NCBI GenBank assembly: GCA_001929475.1
Contig: LXFE01002180.1
Location: 1 to 39,161 of the forward strand
Reading direction: 5' to 3'
DNA from: Neolecta irregularis DAH-3
Lineage: Eukaryota
Length of the DNA stretch: 39,161 bases
The position numbers and the translations under genes are program-made. Shown piece by piece: positions 25,389 through 35,737 of the stretch. The stretch's first letter is position 1. The number at the start of each line of letters is the position of its first letter. The notes beneath the pieces are model-generated. The model made no database searches, was not told the origin of the DNA, and was given only the letters and a program-made list of their open reading frames with translations.

Positions 25389-26279
25389 TCACTTATTTTT
25401 GCTCTTTGAAGCTTTGGTAGTAAATAATGCCTATCTAATCAGAATCACTGGAAAAATTAAAAAGAACATACCTTGACTCCAAGTGCGGCAGAAAGCCCAG
25501 CAATTATGAAGCACGAGATATCCTGATACTGCACAAGTGACAGATGTTTTTGTTCAACGCCGAGGACGGCGAAGTGAAGCGCAATAACAAATCTCAATAC
25601 AGAATCATGATATAAGGACGACAACGCAAGAGCTGCTAATCCAGCGACCCATGTTGTGGGCAATACTCTGTCTCCTCTTAAAAGTTGAGGGAATGCTATG
25701 GCACCATTGTGCAAAACATCCTAGATTGTTCAATATCATTCAGCAGATCTCCACCCACCATCATCGTAATTGACAGGAAAAACCGGACAGGAAGATGATT
25801 CTGAATCCAAGATCGCGTCGACGGCGTAGGATCTTTCCTATGCAGGCTTGTATAGGCACTGAACAGGTTCAAGAGATTTAAAAGTATGACTGTTTCTGAG
25901 ATAACAAATTCCTTTTTGAGCTGGAGTATCAATAACAGTCGAGAAAGGTTAGACACACCCACGCAAGAGTCCAGAACCCCTTCAAAACATGCGCTAAGAT
26001 AAACGTGTATCCTATCGCTCCACTAGCTGGTCCAATGACTTTGATATTGTTCGACCAAAGGGCATTCAGGTATCCAAGCTGCAACAGATACAAAGCGCCC
26101 CAAAAAGCAACAATATATTGTGGAGTCCGAGTGAATACAGTTGGGTATGGATCTCCGACTGTGGCCAAGCGAGGACCATAGTAAATATTGGCGCAAAAAG
26201 ATGCAGCAAGAGCTAGGGTTGATAAGACACAAAGTCTTGCAATCCTTTGCTGTGATGGAAGTGCGGCTTTAGGAAGCAT
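25389..26279 (-). CDS. Fungal multi-pass membrane protein, DUF1774-like, 3 introns
   Basis: Hydrophobic exons joined by GT-AG introns; FWGALYLLQLGYL, ISETVILLNLLN and LHNGAIA resemble the family pattern as I recall it. Confidence 0.65.
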
Positions 26280-26781
26280 ATTGTGTTTGTGGGGGAATGC
26301 CCGATCCGCTGAGGAAGGTAAAGAGCCTGGGGGCAATGACGTCAGGTTTTGTCAGGAAAACGTATCAACACAAGTTCCGAGTCACAAAGCTCTGAGACAC
26401 CACGTAATTGTCTCAGGACGAAATTTAACACATGAGCTTCTAAGTATCGGATGAGTAAGAGAAAACCTTCGAGATTTTGCACAGCTGATGGTTGATATTA
26501 GGTCGAGTTTTCTCTGTACGGTCCCTAATCCCAGGAAGTACTGGGCTATACAAAACTAAAATACCATGCGGAATTGAATGAATCAAGAATCAGAACGACT
26601 GAAATAAAAATAATCACCAGTTATAAACAAGGAAATAGGTGGTATTCTTATCCTTTTTTCCAAGGGAATTTTGCAAGAAGTGTGGTAGTCACAAAGAGCA
26701 GTGTTGTAATCAATAATCAATATTGATTGACATTATTGAATATTGAATTATTGAACATTCGATATCGATATCAATAAGGAT

Positions 26782-27446
26782 CAGTGCTCGGAATACCCCA
26801 TGTCAGCACGCGACCTTGGGGCGGGTGCTGGTAGGGACTTAGGTTGTGTATTCTGCCATAGGTACCTCAAGTAAAGTAACTTCGTATATTGGATATCGGG
26901 GTTGAGTCTAGTAAGCTAGTCCAGTTAGACATTACTTATATACAGACTCAGTGTAAGTTTAACGCCAGAAGTTACAAATATGACCAAGTAATATTTCTAT
27001 TGTAACACAGGCTAGGTATAACTATATACTCCGCTTCTTATGCCTGGCCCGTAATGGCCGTAATATTAACAAAAGCCTGGTTACTGTATTGGTAAGGTAT
27101 ACCGGTTGGGTATATCCTTGCACTCAGCACATGTGCTTGTTTCATTAGAATCGAGTACCCACACCCCATCCCGGGGTGAATCCCAATCCATCCACTCCAC
27201 CCGCTTAATTTTTTAACTTGAGTCTCCAACTCATTGAATTGGCGGCTATAACACCTGCAATCATGTCATATAAATAATCTTTAGCTCAGCAAAGAAAATG
27301 ATAACAGATACTCGCGACTGCCTAAAGCCTGCTATTGTAGATACAAGCATGGTATGGAGAAGGATATTTTTATTAGAGGTAGATTAGCCTAAACCCGATT
27401 AAGCCATACTCCCGGGGTGGGGTGGGAATGGGTATTCGGAGCACGG
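26782..27446. mobile_element. hAT-like MITE with ~17-bp imperfect TIRs, interrupted by a solo LTR
   Basis: Left CAGTGCTCGGAATACCC versus reverse complement of right end CCGTGCTCCGAATACCC; CCCGGGGTG subterminal motif at both ends; no 8-bp TSD seen. Confidence 0.7.
26801..27163 (-). mobile_element. Solo LTR (363 bp), TGT...ACA, with perfect 5-bp TSD CCCCA
   Basis: CCCCA at 26796-26800 and 27164-27168; TATATAAG on the minus strand; homologous to 31176-31314. Confidence 0.88.
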
Positions 27447-27537
27447 CGGCCTCCTTTAAAGGCCTGAGATATGCTAAACTGAAAACTTTTTAAGTCCCTT
27501 TCTCCCTTGCATGCTTGTAATCGAATCTACAAACAAA

Positions 27538-27960
27538 ATGCAGCTGCTCCTGATCCTGACCAGTCTTGTTTTCCTATGTGCTTCGAATTCCAGCCCACCT
27601 CCTGAACAATTTTACCTCATACCGACATCCGAACACTGTTGTCTACAGGCCGATGACAGCTGGAACCTGGTATGTGTTCCTCAAGGTCCATCGGCGCTCT
27701 TTTTTCTTTTCAATAACCATCTGCACATTAAGAACAAAGATGGGAGGGCTCATGCGTTTATTAATAGCGATAAACGAGTCACATTCAGCTGGACCCGGGC
27801 AGGAATAAATTCTGGACAGACAACTATAGACCATGTCACATATTTAAGAATGAACGGCAGCCCTGATTTCTATCTCTGTGGCACAGATCAGACCATATAT
27901 ATTGCATCTGAAAGGGATCACTGCATGATGATTCAACTGAAGATCATTGTGCCACCGTAG
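27538..27960 (+). CDS. Small intronless secreted Cys-containing protein, unknown function
   Basis: Signal peptide MQLLLILTSLVFLCAS; beta-strand-like pattern; FYLCG..IYI..C..IQL C-terminus. Confidence 0.7.
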   Translation: MQLLLILTSLVFLCASNSSPPPEQFYLIPTSEHCCLQADDSWNLVCVPQGPSALFFLFNNHLHIKNKDGRAHAFINSDKRVTFSWTRAGINSGQTTIDHVTYLRMNGSPDFYLCGTDQTIYIASERDHCMMIQLKIIVPP

Positions 27961-28918
27961 GATTCGCCCATGACTGTCAAATACTGATTCACTAGCACTT
28001 CGTGACGACATGAAATTTCAACTCTAAATGCTGGGTAGTTCTAGGTCTGTTGCAAAAAATCTGTTTTATTTTTTTCACAGTCGCAAGAATATGAACCTTG
28101 ATTATGGCTGAACTAGCATCCTCGAGCTTTATGCTAGGAAAATACATATCTGGAGTACAAATGTTTCTATTCACTGTGTTCACTGTTGCGCAATTGAATA
28201 ATTCCAAACAATTCACACAATCCATGCCTCATAATTTCTGTTATGTATTTGACCGAAATGGCACACAAGCTGAAACATCGTCGTTTAAGTTTACACCATA
28301 TGCATTTGCTGATATGAGATGTGGTAGGCATGCCGATGAACTTGGGTTGGATTAGAAACAGTCGCCGCCAATATGGCTGCAAATGCAGAATGTCTGAGCA
28401 GCAGCAGTCTGCATTTCCTGTTGCGGTAGACATCACATTGTGTAGCAGAAAGTGCCAGGTACTACTGTCTACCTGTTTCTTTAATGATATATTTGAAAAT
28501 GATGGTCCAGTCAACGAGCGCATAGTATTACAGCTATACTCCGTATACCTTTCGAGATATTATGGAGCCCTATCAAGCACACTTTTGGAAGAGCAAGTAG
28601 ATTGTAAACAGATATGTTTACCACATGGCATGGAGCTGACCCTATGGATGGAGAAGCAATGGCTAGCAAGGAATGTTACAGACATAAGCCCACCTCTACG
28701 TTGGCTGGTCCCAGGCTCAATACAGTTTGGTTAATAATTGCCTACCGTTACACAAGATCCCAGTGTCCGGATGTTTCAACAGTATCCGTTTCCATAGATA
28801 AGAGAAGCTCTGCAAGTAGCTATTTCAGTTCTTGTTCGTATCGCCGCTAATCAAACCAAATAAGCAGAATTAGTGCAGTTATTTGCATATATAATACATT
28901 CACATCAAGTGACATTTC

Positions 28919-30604
28919 TTAGGTTGGGTTATAAGTTAGATAGTCTGAAGTTTCCGCGGCTTCATATTCCTTAATGACATCTTCAACAACAACTCTGCAC
29001 AATCAACGTTACAGAGGTAGAAAGGAAATACCTTGACACATCAAATTCCTCAAGACCGTCCGTAAACATCGGTTCCTTTTTGTATTGATCCAAAAAGGCA
29101 TTCCGTTTCTTAAGTTTGTCATACTGGTCTGCTAAACGCCTAATAACCTTTCTGGTCAGCTGGGAGATATTAGAAGGAAACCGAAGATATGCTTGTATGA
29201 TTAGCTAGCATCAAACCACTCACACGATGATTTGTCTGGATATACGGCGATTTCTTGGTAAGCGCGACCTGAATGCTTGCTGGACCCCAAGGAATAAAGT
29301 TGGCCATTTTTCGTTCCCGAATTCGTAGGAGCGATTTGTGGACCTAATGGATTAATGGGACCAAATAAGCAACATACATCTCCAGGCTCAACGTCTCCTT
29401 GAATAATGTTAAGAATGGAAATGTAGCAAGACTTCTTCTCTTCCTTTTCTTTGGCCCAAACCATGCGATTTTTAGGTTGCAACAGACGGCGCATGACATC
29501 CAAGACTGTTGTCTTTCTGATTGCCTGAGTCTAAATCGTCATACAACGGAAAACAAGAGTTGTAGTTACTCTATCTGACTCTGCGACGCTAAATGGAGTG
29601 TACGATGTAGTTAAAAAGTGACATTTAGGCGTAGGTATCAGTGATGCCATCATCCCTACCAAGTCGTTGTTCATGTATCCCGGGTACCGTAACGGTGTAG
29701 TACTAGCAGACATGATTGTCGATACCTATGTCTATAAGGTCTCGTATGAGTGGATCAAATTCATACTAGTTGATTTGTCTGAGCGAAGGAGGGATTTGGT
29801 ACATGTAATTTATCCGCGGCAATGCGATTTAGAGCAGCGTTATCTAGAACGACCTAGTCCTCAGAATAGTTAATGAAATACTATACCACACAGTCCGCAT
29901 TTAGAGTCAGACGTTTCAGTGTCAACATACTGTTATACGGTTGAACAACAACGTCCGAGACTTGTTGACTTGCTGGAAATACAGAGTACGTCTGAATGAG
30001 TTTCTTTGCATAGCGATCGTTAAGGCGTTCCAGGAAGAAAGAGCCGAGCCCAGATCCGGTTCCGCCAGCAATAGAATGTAGTACTGTGAATCCCTAATAT
30101 AAAACTATGGTAAGAGGGTGAGATATACCTCCAACGAATCGGTCCCTTCAGCTTCTCTATCAATCATCTCCAAAATTTCTTCAGATACTTTTTCTGCTGA
30201 AGAATAGCCCGCAGCCCAATTGTTCCCTGCACCACCACCATCTTTAGAGATGTATATATTCTCCGGATTGTAAATCTTTGCGTATGGTCCAGTCTGAATC
30301 GCATGTATAACCTGGTCTTTAAAGACTGGGTCGCGATCTGTCACATACTCTCGGCTCCAAATCCACTAGAATGGCTCTAGGCACGTATCTTGTATCATCT
30401 GACTATTAATTAGCTCGACAATATATCAATTGTCCTCCGCACTTGATAAAAAAACACATCTTTTCGATCATTTCCTTCAGTCGCGAAATCTTCCAAGTTT
30501 CCATCCTGCGCAATCCCGTGTTCAAGACATAACTGCTGCCAAAACTCTGAACCCACCTGATTCCCGCATTGTCCAAATTGGAGCGTGATCTGCGAACGTG
30601 GCAT
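28919..30604 (-). CDS. gtb1: Gamma-tubulin, 8 introns
   Basis: [74 protein letters not shown]. Confidence 0.97.
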
Positions 30605-30782
30605 CGATTATATTGATTTATTGTCGAGTTATAGTGAAACGGCAGACGCCTCTGAAGGGTATTCAACTACAAAGATACAGGAACCCCTAATTATATGACG
30701 ATATAGTATGTAATGCTGCTGTAATACACTGCAGGAATATGATTTTGTGTAAAGATACTCAGTTGTGGTAATGCAGGGAGAG

Positions 30783-31314
30783 TGTGGGGACTTGTCATGT
30801 CCCCATACTAACGCGAATCCTCGGGCCGCCACAGTTACCAACCCAACCTTTGGGGGGTAACTCAAGGAACTGACAAGAGAAGCCGCCAGTGTCATAGCCT
30901 CGGGCCTCCAGGGTAGTCATCGGACTTGCCACCGAGTAGGTCACAAGGAGGCAAAGAGGCAAATGATGATAGTGTGCATATGTGCTGATTTGTATCTAAG
31001 TAGCGCCTAACCTGACTAGCGGGGAGGCTTTCACTTTCAGCATTGCGTTCCTATCTCGCACCTCGCCAGTCTCTCCCACCTCGGGCTCCTGCCCCGCCTT
31101 TCCTGTCCCGCCCGCCTTCCGTCCCGCTAGTCCCTGTCCAGCCCGTGCCTCCTCTCCCATCCTGCCTGCCTCGCCTATATAAGTAGAGTCCAGCTGGACT
31201 AGTTGACTAGGCTTAAACTTGATATCTAATATATATAGTTACTTTACTTAGTACCTACAGCAGAATACCCAACCTACGTCCCTACTGCACCCACCCCAAG
31301 GTTGTGTGCTTACA
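30783..31314 (+). mobile_element. Second solo LTR of the same family, inverted relative to 26801-27163, no TSD; 5' boundary inferred
   Basis: Starts TGTGGGGACTTG (other copy TGTGGGTACTCG) and ends GTGCTTACA; last ~140 bp align with the other LTR. Confidence 0.72.
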
Positions 31315-32350
31315 CACTCCCTCATAATTTCAAATGGAAGGGAGCATCAGAGGTTTTGAGATAAGAAATTGTTTCATTATCTCAGGAAGAGAATATTTAT
31401 CATATCCAAACGATTTCAGCGAGAAAGTGACGAGTAAAAATCCTTTTCGAAAAATCTCGAATGGGTGTGAAGCACGCATGGTGTAACCGGATGTTGTAGG
31501 GGGTTTATAGGATTGAATAGGTTGTTGATTGTTTATTGGTGAGCACAGTCATACTTGGCTTTCGATTTCTTGGGTCATCAAGACCTAGAAACAGAAAGAT
31601 ATTAATACAGTTGGCTATGGACGAACAGAAAAGAGCAGCCCTTCTTATTAGCTGCCAGCGGCGGGCTGGTATCAAACGGAAGAAGTACATAGCGGTAGGA
31701 GCGAAAATGGGAATAGAAAAGACAAAGGATAACCATCCCATAGCAGCCAAACTGCCTAGCAATGTACTAGCCTCCCTGGAACAGGAAGTAATTTAGTAGA
31801 TAAACAACCGGAATTGGAAGAGGGAAAGGAGGGGAAATTCTGGAAGCAGCCAAACTGCCCAGCAGCATGACTGCCCCTCAGAATGGGCATTTCAGGAGTG
31901 GAGAATCGGGAAAGGAAGGGGATACGCCAATATCTTTTAGACCAGCCAGATTAGGGAGGTTGATGGTGATTCGTGAATTTGATGGGGAGGGAGAGCGGTT
32001 GGGTAGATTTCTTGGGAATCCTCTGATGTTGACCATGCCACAGGTGTTTTGGCTTATCCGTATTATTCCAGCGCTCATGACAATAAAATAAATAGTTCAG
32101 GAAATAAGAAGGAAAATAGAAAGAGAATGCTCAAGATATCCTGAAAATAGAAAACCATATGAATTTCTCAGATGATGGCTGGCCTTAATATGTATGAATG
32201 ATTCCTCGAACTGACGCCAAATTTCTCGCACTCTGCCGTTAACTGCTATTCTATTTTTATAGCCTAAGCAGAATCCTAGCGTTTAAGCACAATACCGAAG
32301 ACTGAAACGAAAATTTATTCAGCCATTAGCAATCCTTCAATCTTGCTATA

Positions 32351-34489
32351 ATGTCCAAACCAAAAGTCGTTCTCATCGACAACTATGACTCTTTCTCATA
32401 TAACGTCGTGCAGTATCTATCAAATCTCGGCGCAGACGTTACAGTGTATCGCAACGATGTAGTCACGCTTGAACAACTGACTGCGCAAGCCTGGGACAAG
32501 CTTGTCATTTCTCCTGGTCCTGGTCACCCAGAAACAGACGGGGGAATAAGTCGAGAAGCTATTCAGTACTATGCCGGAAAAATCCCTGTATTGGGTGTAT
32601 GTATGGGTGAGCAATGTATTTTTACTGCGTTTGGCGGTAAAGTGGACTTTGCCGGGGAGATCGTTCATGGGAAGACGAGTTTGATAACGCACGATGGGAA
32701 GGGGATTTACCACAATGTTCCTCAGGATATCGCAGTAACCCGTTATCACTCACTAGCCGGTACACATTCCACCCTTCCAGACATTTTGGAGGTGACCAGT
32801 CGAACCGAAAGCGGAGTCATCATGGGAGTGCGTCATAAAGAGTTCACAGTCGAAGGAGTCCAGTATCATCCTGAAAGCATCCTCAGCGAACACGGAAAAC
32901 TGATCATCAAAAACTTTCTAGAGCTATCGGCTGGAACCTGGGAAGAAGAAGAATTAATAAAGAAAACGTGGGCTACAAAGATCGGTGGATCAGGGACGAT
33001 ACTCGATCAAATTCATAAACAAAAGCTACTAGATATCGCTGAAGCAAAAGCAACACCGGGTCTTTCTCCAAAAGACCTGCAGACAAATCTGAGTTTATCG
33101 CTAGTGCACCCGCTCATTGATTTTGCAGCTCGATTGCGCATGGTAAAACCGGCATTGATGGCCGAAATAAAACGAGCTTCTCCGTCAAAAGGAAATATCT
33201 CAATCGATGCGAGTGCTCCCATTCTAGCGCTTGAATATGCCGTTGCTGGTGCGTCTGTCATTTCTGTCTTGACGGAACCTCGATGGTTCAAAGGAACATT
33301 GGCCGACCTTGCGGCTGTTCGCCAAGCGTTGGGAAACTCGCTGGATCGCCCTGCCATATTGAGAAAGGATTTTATCATTGATCGATATCAAGTCATGGAA
33401 GCCAGGCTCTTTGGAGCTGATTCTCTTCTCTTGATTGTATCAATGTTGAATGACACCCAACTCTGCGATCTCTACGAATATTCTAAAACCCTTGGAATGG
33501 AGCCATTGGTTGAAGTCAACTCTGCCGATGAAATGACTCGAGCTATAAAGATTGGTGCTAAAGTCATTGGTGTCAATAATCGAGACCTCCATTCGTTTAC
33601 CGTCGATATGTCTGTTACGAGCCGACTAGCTGACATGGTGCCAGAAGGAACAATTCTCTGCGCCCTCAGCGGGATTTCTACCCACGAGCAGGTTGAGAAA
33701 TACGTCCGTGAAGGAATTCACGCCATCCTGGTAGGCGAAGCGCTTATGCGATCCTGTGACAAGAAACTTTTCATTGACACACTACTTGGACGCACCAATC
33801 AATTTACCAAAAACAAACCGATCGTGAAGATTTGCGGTATTCGATCTCCAGAAGCAGCAGTTGCAGCAGCAGAAGCCGGTGCCGATTTACTCGGCTTGAT
33901 ATTCGCTCGAGATCGTCGAAGAAGCGTTACAATAGAGAATGCATGTGAGATAATCAGGGCCGTTCGATCGATGTGTCGAATCAATCGGAATAGAATTCCA
34001 ATAAACCATGGCGATTGGTTCGATCATTATTTTGATGTAATTAAACGAAATCCTCATCGACCTTCGATTGTCGGTGTATTCCAAGATCATACATATGATG
34101 ACATCTTTCGAATTTCGAAAATATTGCGACTTGACGCGATCCAGCTGCATGGAAACGAACCCGTAGAGTGGGCTCGCTTATTCTGTGTTCCTGTAATCAA
34201 GGTATTTTCAATCAATGACCCGCAAGCTGGGATCAAAGGATACCATGCAGTTACGCTAATCGACTCTGGAAGGGGTGGAACTGGAGAACGAGTTGATCTG
34301 GCGCAAGTTGCCAAACTGAAGCATTCGGTTATGATTGCTGGTGGAATCACGCTAGACAACGTCGAGGAAGTTTTAAAATGTCCGAATGTTCGGGGGGTAG
34401 ATACAGCAGGAGGAGTGGAAGATGAACATGGAAATCAAGATATCGATAAGATTAGAAAGTTTGTTGAGGCTGTGGATAATGTTGTATAG
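32351..34489 (+). CDS. trp1: Trifunctional tryptophan biosynthesis protein (anthranilate synthase component II + IGP synthase + PRA isomerase), intronless
   Basis: LIDNYDSF, ISPGPGHP, GVCMG, GVQYHPES; AEIKRASPSKG, LRKDFI, GVNNRDL; VKICGI, IQLHG, GGTG. Confidence 0.98.
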   Translation: MSKPKVVLIDNYDSFSYNVVQYLSNLGADVTVYRNDVVTLEQLTAQAWDKLVISPGPGHPETDGGISREAIQYYAGKIPVLGVCMGEQCIFTAFGGKVDFAGEIVHGKTSLITHDGKGIYHNVPQDIAVTRYHSLAGTHSTLPDILEVTSRTESGVIMGVRHKEFTVEGVQYHPESILSEHGKLIIKNFLELSAGTWEEEELIKKTWATKIGGSGTILDQIHKQKLLDIAEAKATPGLSPKDLQTNLSLSLVHPLIDFAARLRMVKPALMAEIKRASPSKGNISIDASAPILALEYAVAGASVISVLTEPRWFKGTLADLAAVRQALGNSLDRPAILRKDFIIDRYQVMEARLFGADSLLLIVSMLNDTQLCDLYEYSKTLGMEPLVEVNSADEMTRAIKIGAKVIGVNNRDLHSFTVDMSVTSRLADMVPEGTILCALSGISTHEQVEKYVREGIHAILVGEALMRSCDKKLFIDTLLGRTNQFTKNKPIVKICGIRSPEAAVAAAEAGADLLGLIFARDRRRSVTIENACEIIRAVRSMCRINRNRIPINHGDWFDHYFDVIKRNPHRPSIVGVFQDHTYDDIFRISKILRLDAIQLHGNEPVEWARLFCVPVIKVFSINDPQAGIKGYHAVTLIDSGRGGTGERVDLAQVAKLKHSVMIAGGITLDNVEEVLKCPNVRGVDTAGGVEDEHGNQDIDKIRKFVEAVDNVV

Positions 34490-35073
34490 TATTGGCGTAT
34501 ATATTTCAAACCTTTATGCTGTTTAAACCAGGATGCCCTCACATGACTCTTTGATGCTACCAAACGAACAGGCACGTTGTAGTTGGCAAAATATTTGGAA
34601 GATTTCTCCTCTTAAGTGTCGCGAAGAATTTTAGAAGACCCAACAAAAATTATTCCAAGCAAGTGAGTAGTGCACCAAACGCGCGCCTATATTTCGATTT
34701 TAAGAAACGCCACATTTTATGAAATTTGGCGCGCACAAACCCACCCTTGGTTATTGTATTTACATGGCGATCTGTGTGGCGAAAGTTTGGCGCAGCACGC
34801 GTTTGTCAAGCCTCCTTTTGCAATACTTTGATAACAAAAGACCTCTCAATTATGCCTACTCCGTCTTTTTCCCCAGAAGTTTCAGGGGCAGGTTTGGGTA
34901 ACTAGCGCTCCTTCGAAGATGATCACAAGGTACCGCAGTTTTTAGCGTGGGAAACTAGGAAGCCGGGTTTTATTCTTCCAGTACGGAGAGCACATGACAA
35001 ACAGGCGCACGGGCTCGTCATCCATTATGTTAAAGTGACTCTCGTCCTCCCTCTTGTTTTTTCGTCCGCGACC

Positions 35074-35589
35074 ATGGTCCCTGCGTACTTTATCCTCACT
35101 GTCGCATTCCTCCCGTGTTTCTCTCTCGCAGCATATGATCGATCTGCGCCGACATACTTACTTGTCTCTTCTGGAATCGACGGGCTCGCAAGTCCGAATG
35201 TTGTATTTTCAAACGATGAGATGTATATCGGGACTCCGCCTGATGATTCCGAGACTTTATACGTTCATCTAGATAACGCTAAGCTCAGTTTTGTAAAGTA
35301 TACGGAATCAATTATGGGTGTACAGTACGCGTACATAGAGACGGCCGGACGTGTCAAATTTACTCCCGCCCGTTCAGAAACGCAGGGAGACATTGGATTC
35401 GCTGGATATGATGGATTTCTAATATACGAGAAACACAGTTCTTGGTGTGCGAGAAAGATTAAAAGCAATGGGTTGTACAGAGTTGAATGGAAAAAAGCTT
35501 GGTTTAATCCATCCTGTGTGGATATACAGCTTCGGCTTGTTGAAGTTCGCGGACGCGGCAAATTCAGGAATCAGAATTCGAGAAAATAA
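35074..35589 (+). CDS. Small intronless secreted protein, unknown function
   Basis: Signal peptide MVPAYFILTVAFLPCFSLA; QYAYIETAGRVKFT, WCA..YRVEW..CVDIQL. Confidence 0.75.
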   Translation: MVPAYFILTVAFLPCFSLAAYDRSAPTYLLVSSGIDGLASPNVVFSNDEMYIGTPPDDSETLYVHLDNAKLSFVKYTESIMGVQYAYIETAGRVKFTPARSETQGDIGFAGYDGFLIYEKHSSWCARKIKSNGLYRVEWKKAWFNPSCVDIQLRLVEVRGRGKFRNQNSRK

Positions 35590-35737
35590 TTCATTAGTCA
35601 TTTATTGCGTAGGAAACTGCATCTCGGTATATTTGTATAATGAAAAAGAATAGGACCAAGAAATTATCATTCATTGATTAATTTCCTCTTGATTAGTATT
35701 CTTCCAAGGTAACGTAATCACATTATCACAATGACTT

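Noticed and set aside
27164-30782. Composite element or inversion bounded by the two inverted LTRs
   Set aside because: The left LTR retains its own TSD and the interval holds host genes with no gag/pol, so the insertions are independent
32351-34489. Intronless trp1 as horizontal transfer or a novel fusion
   Set aside because: The TrpG-TrpC-TrpF fusion is the standard fungal architecture and is commonly intronless
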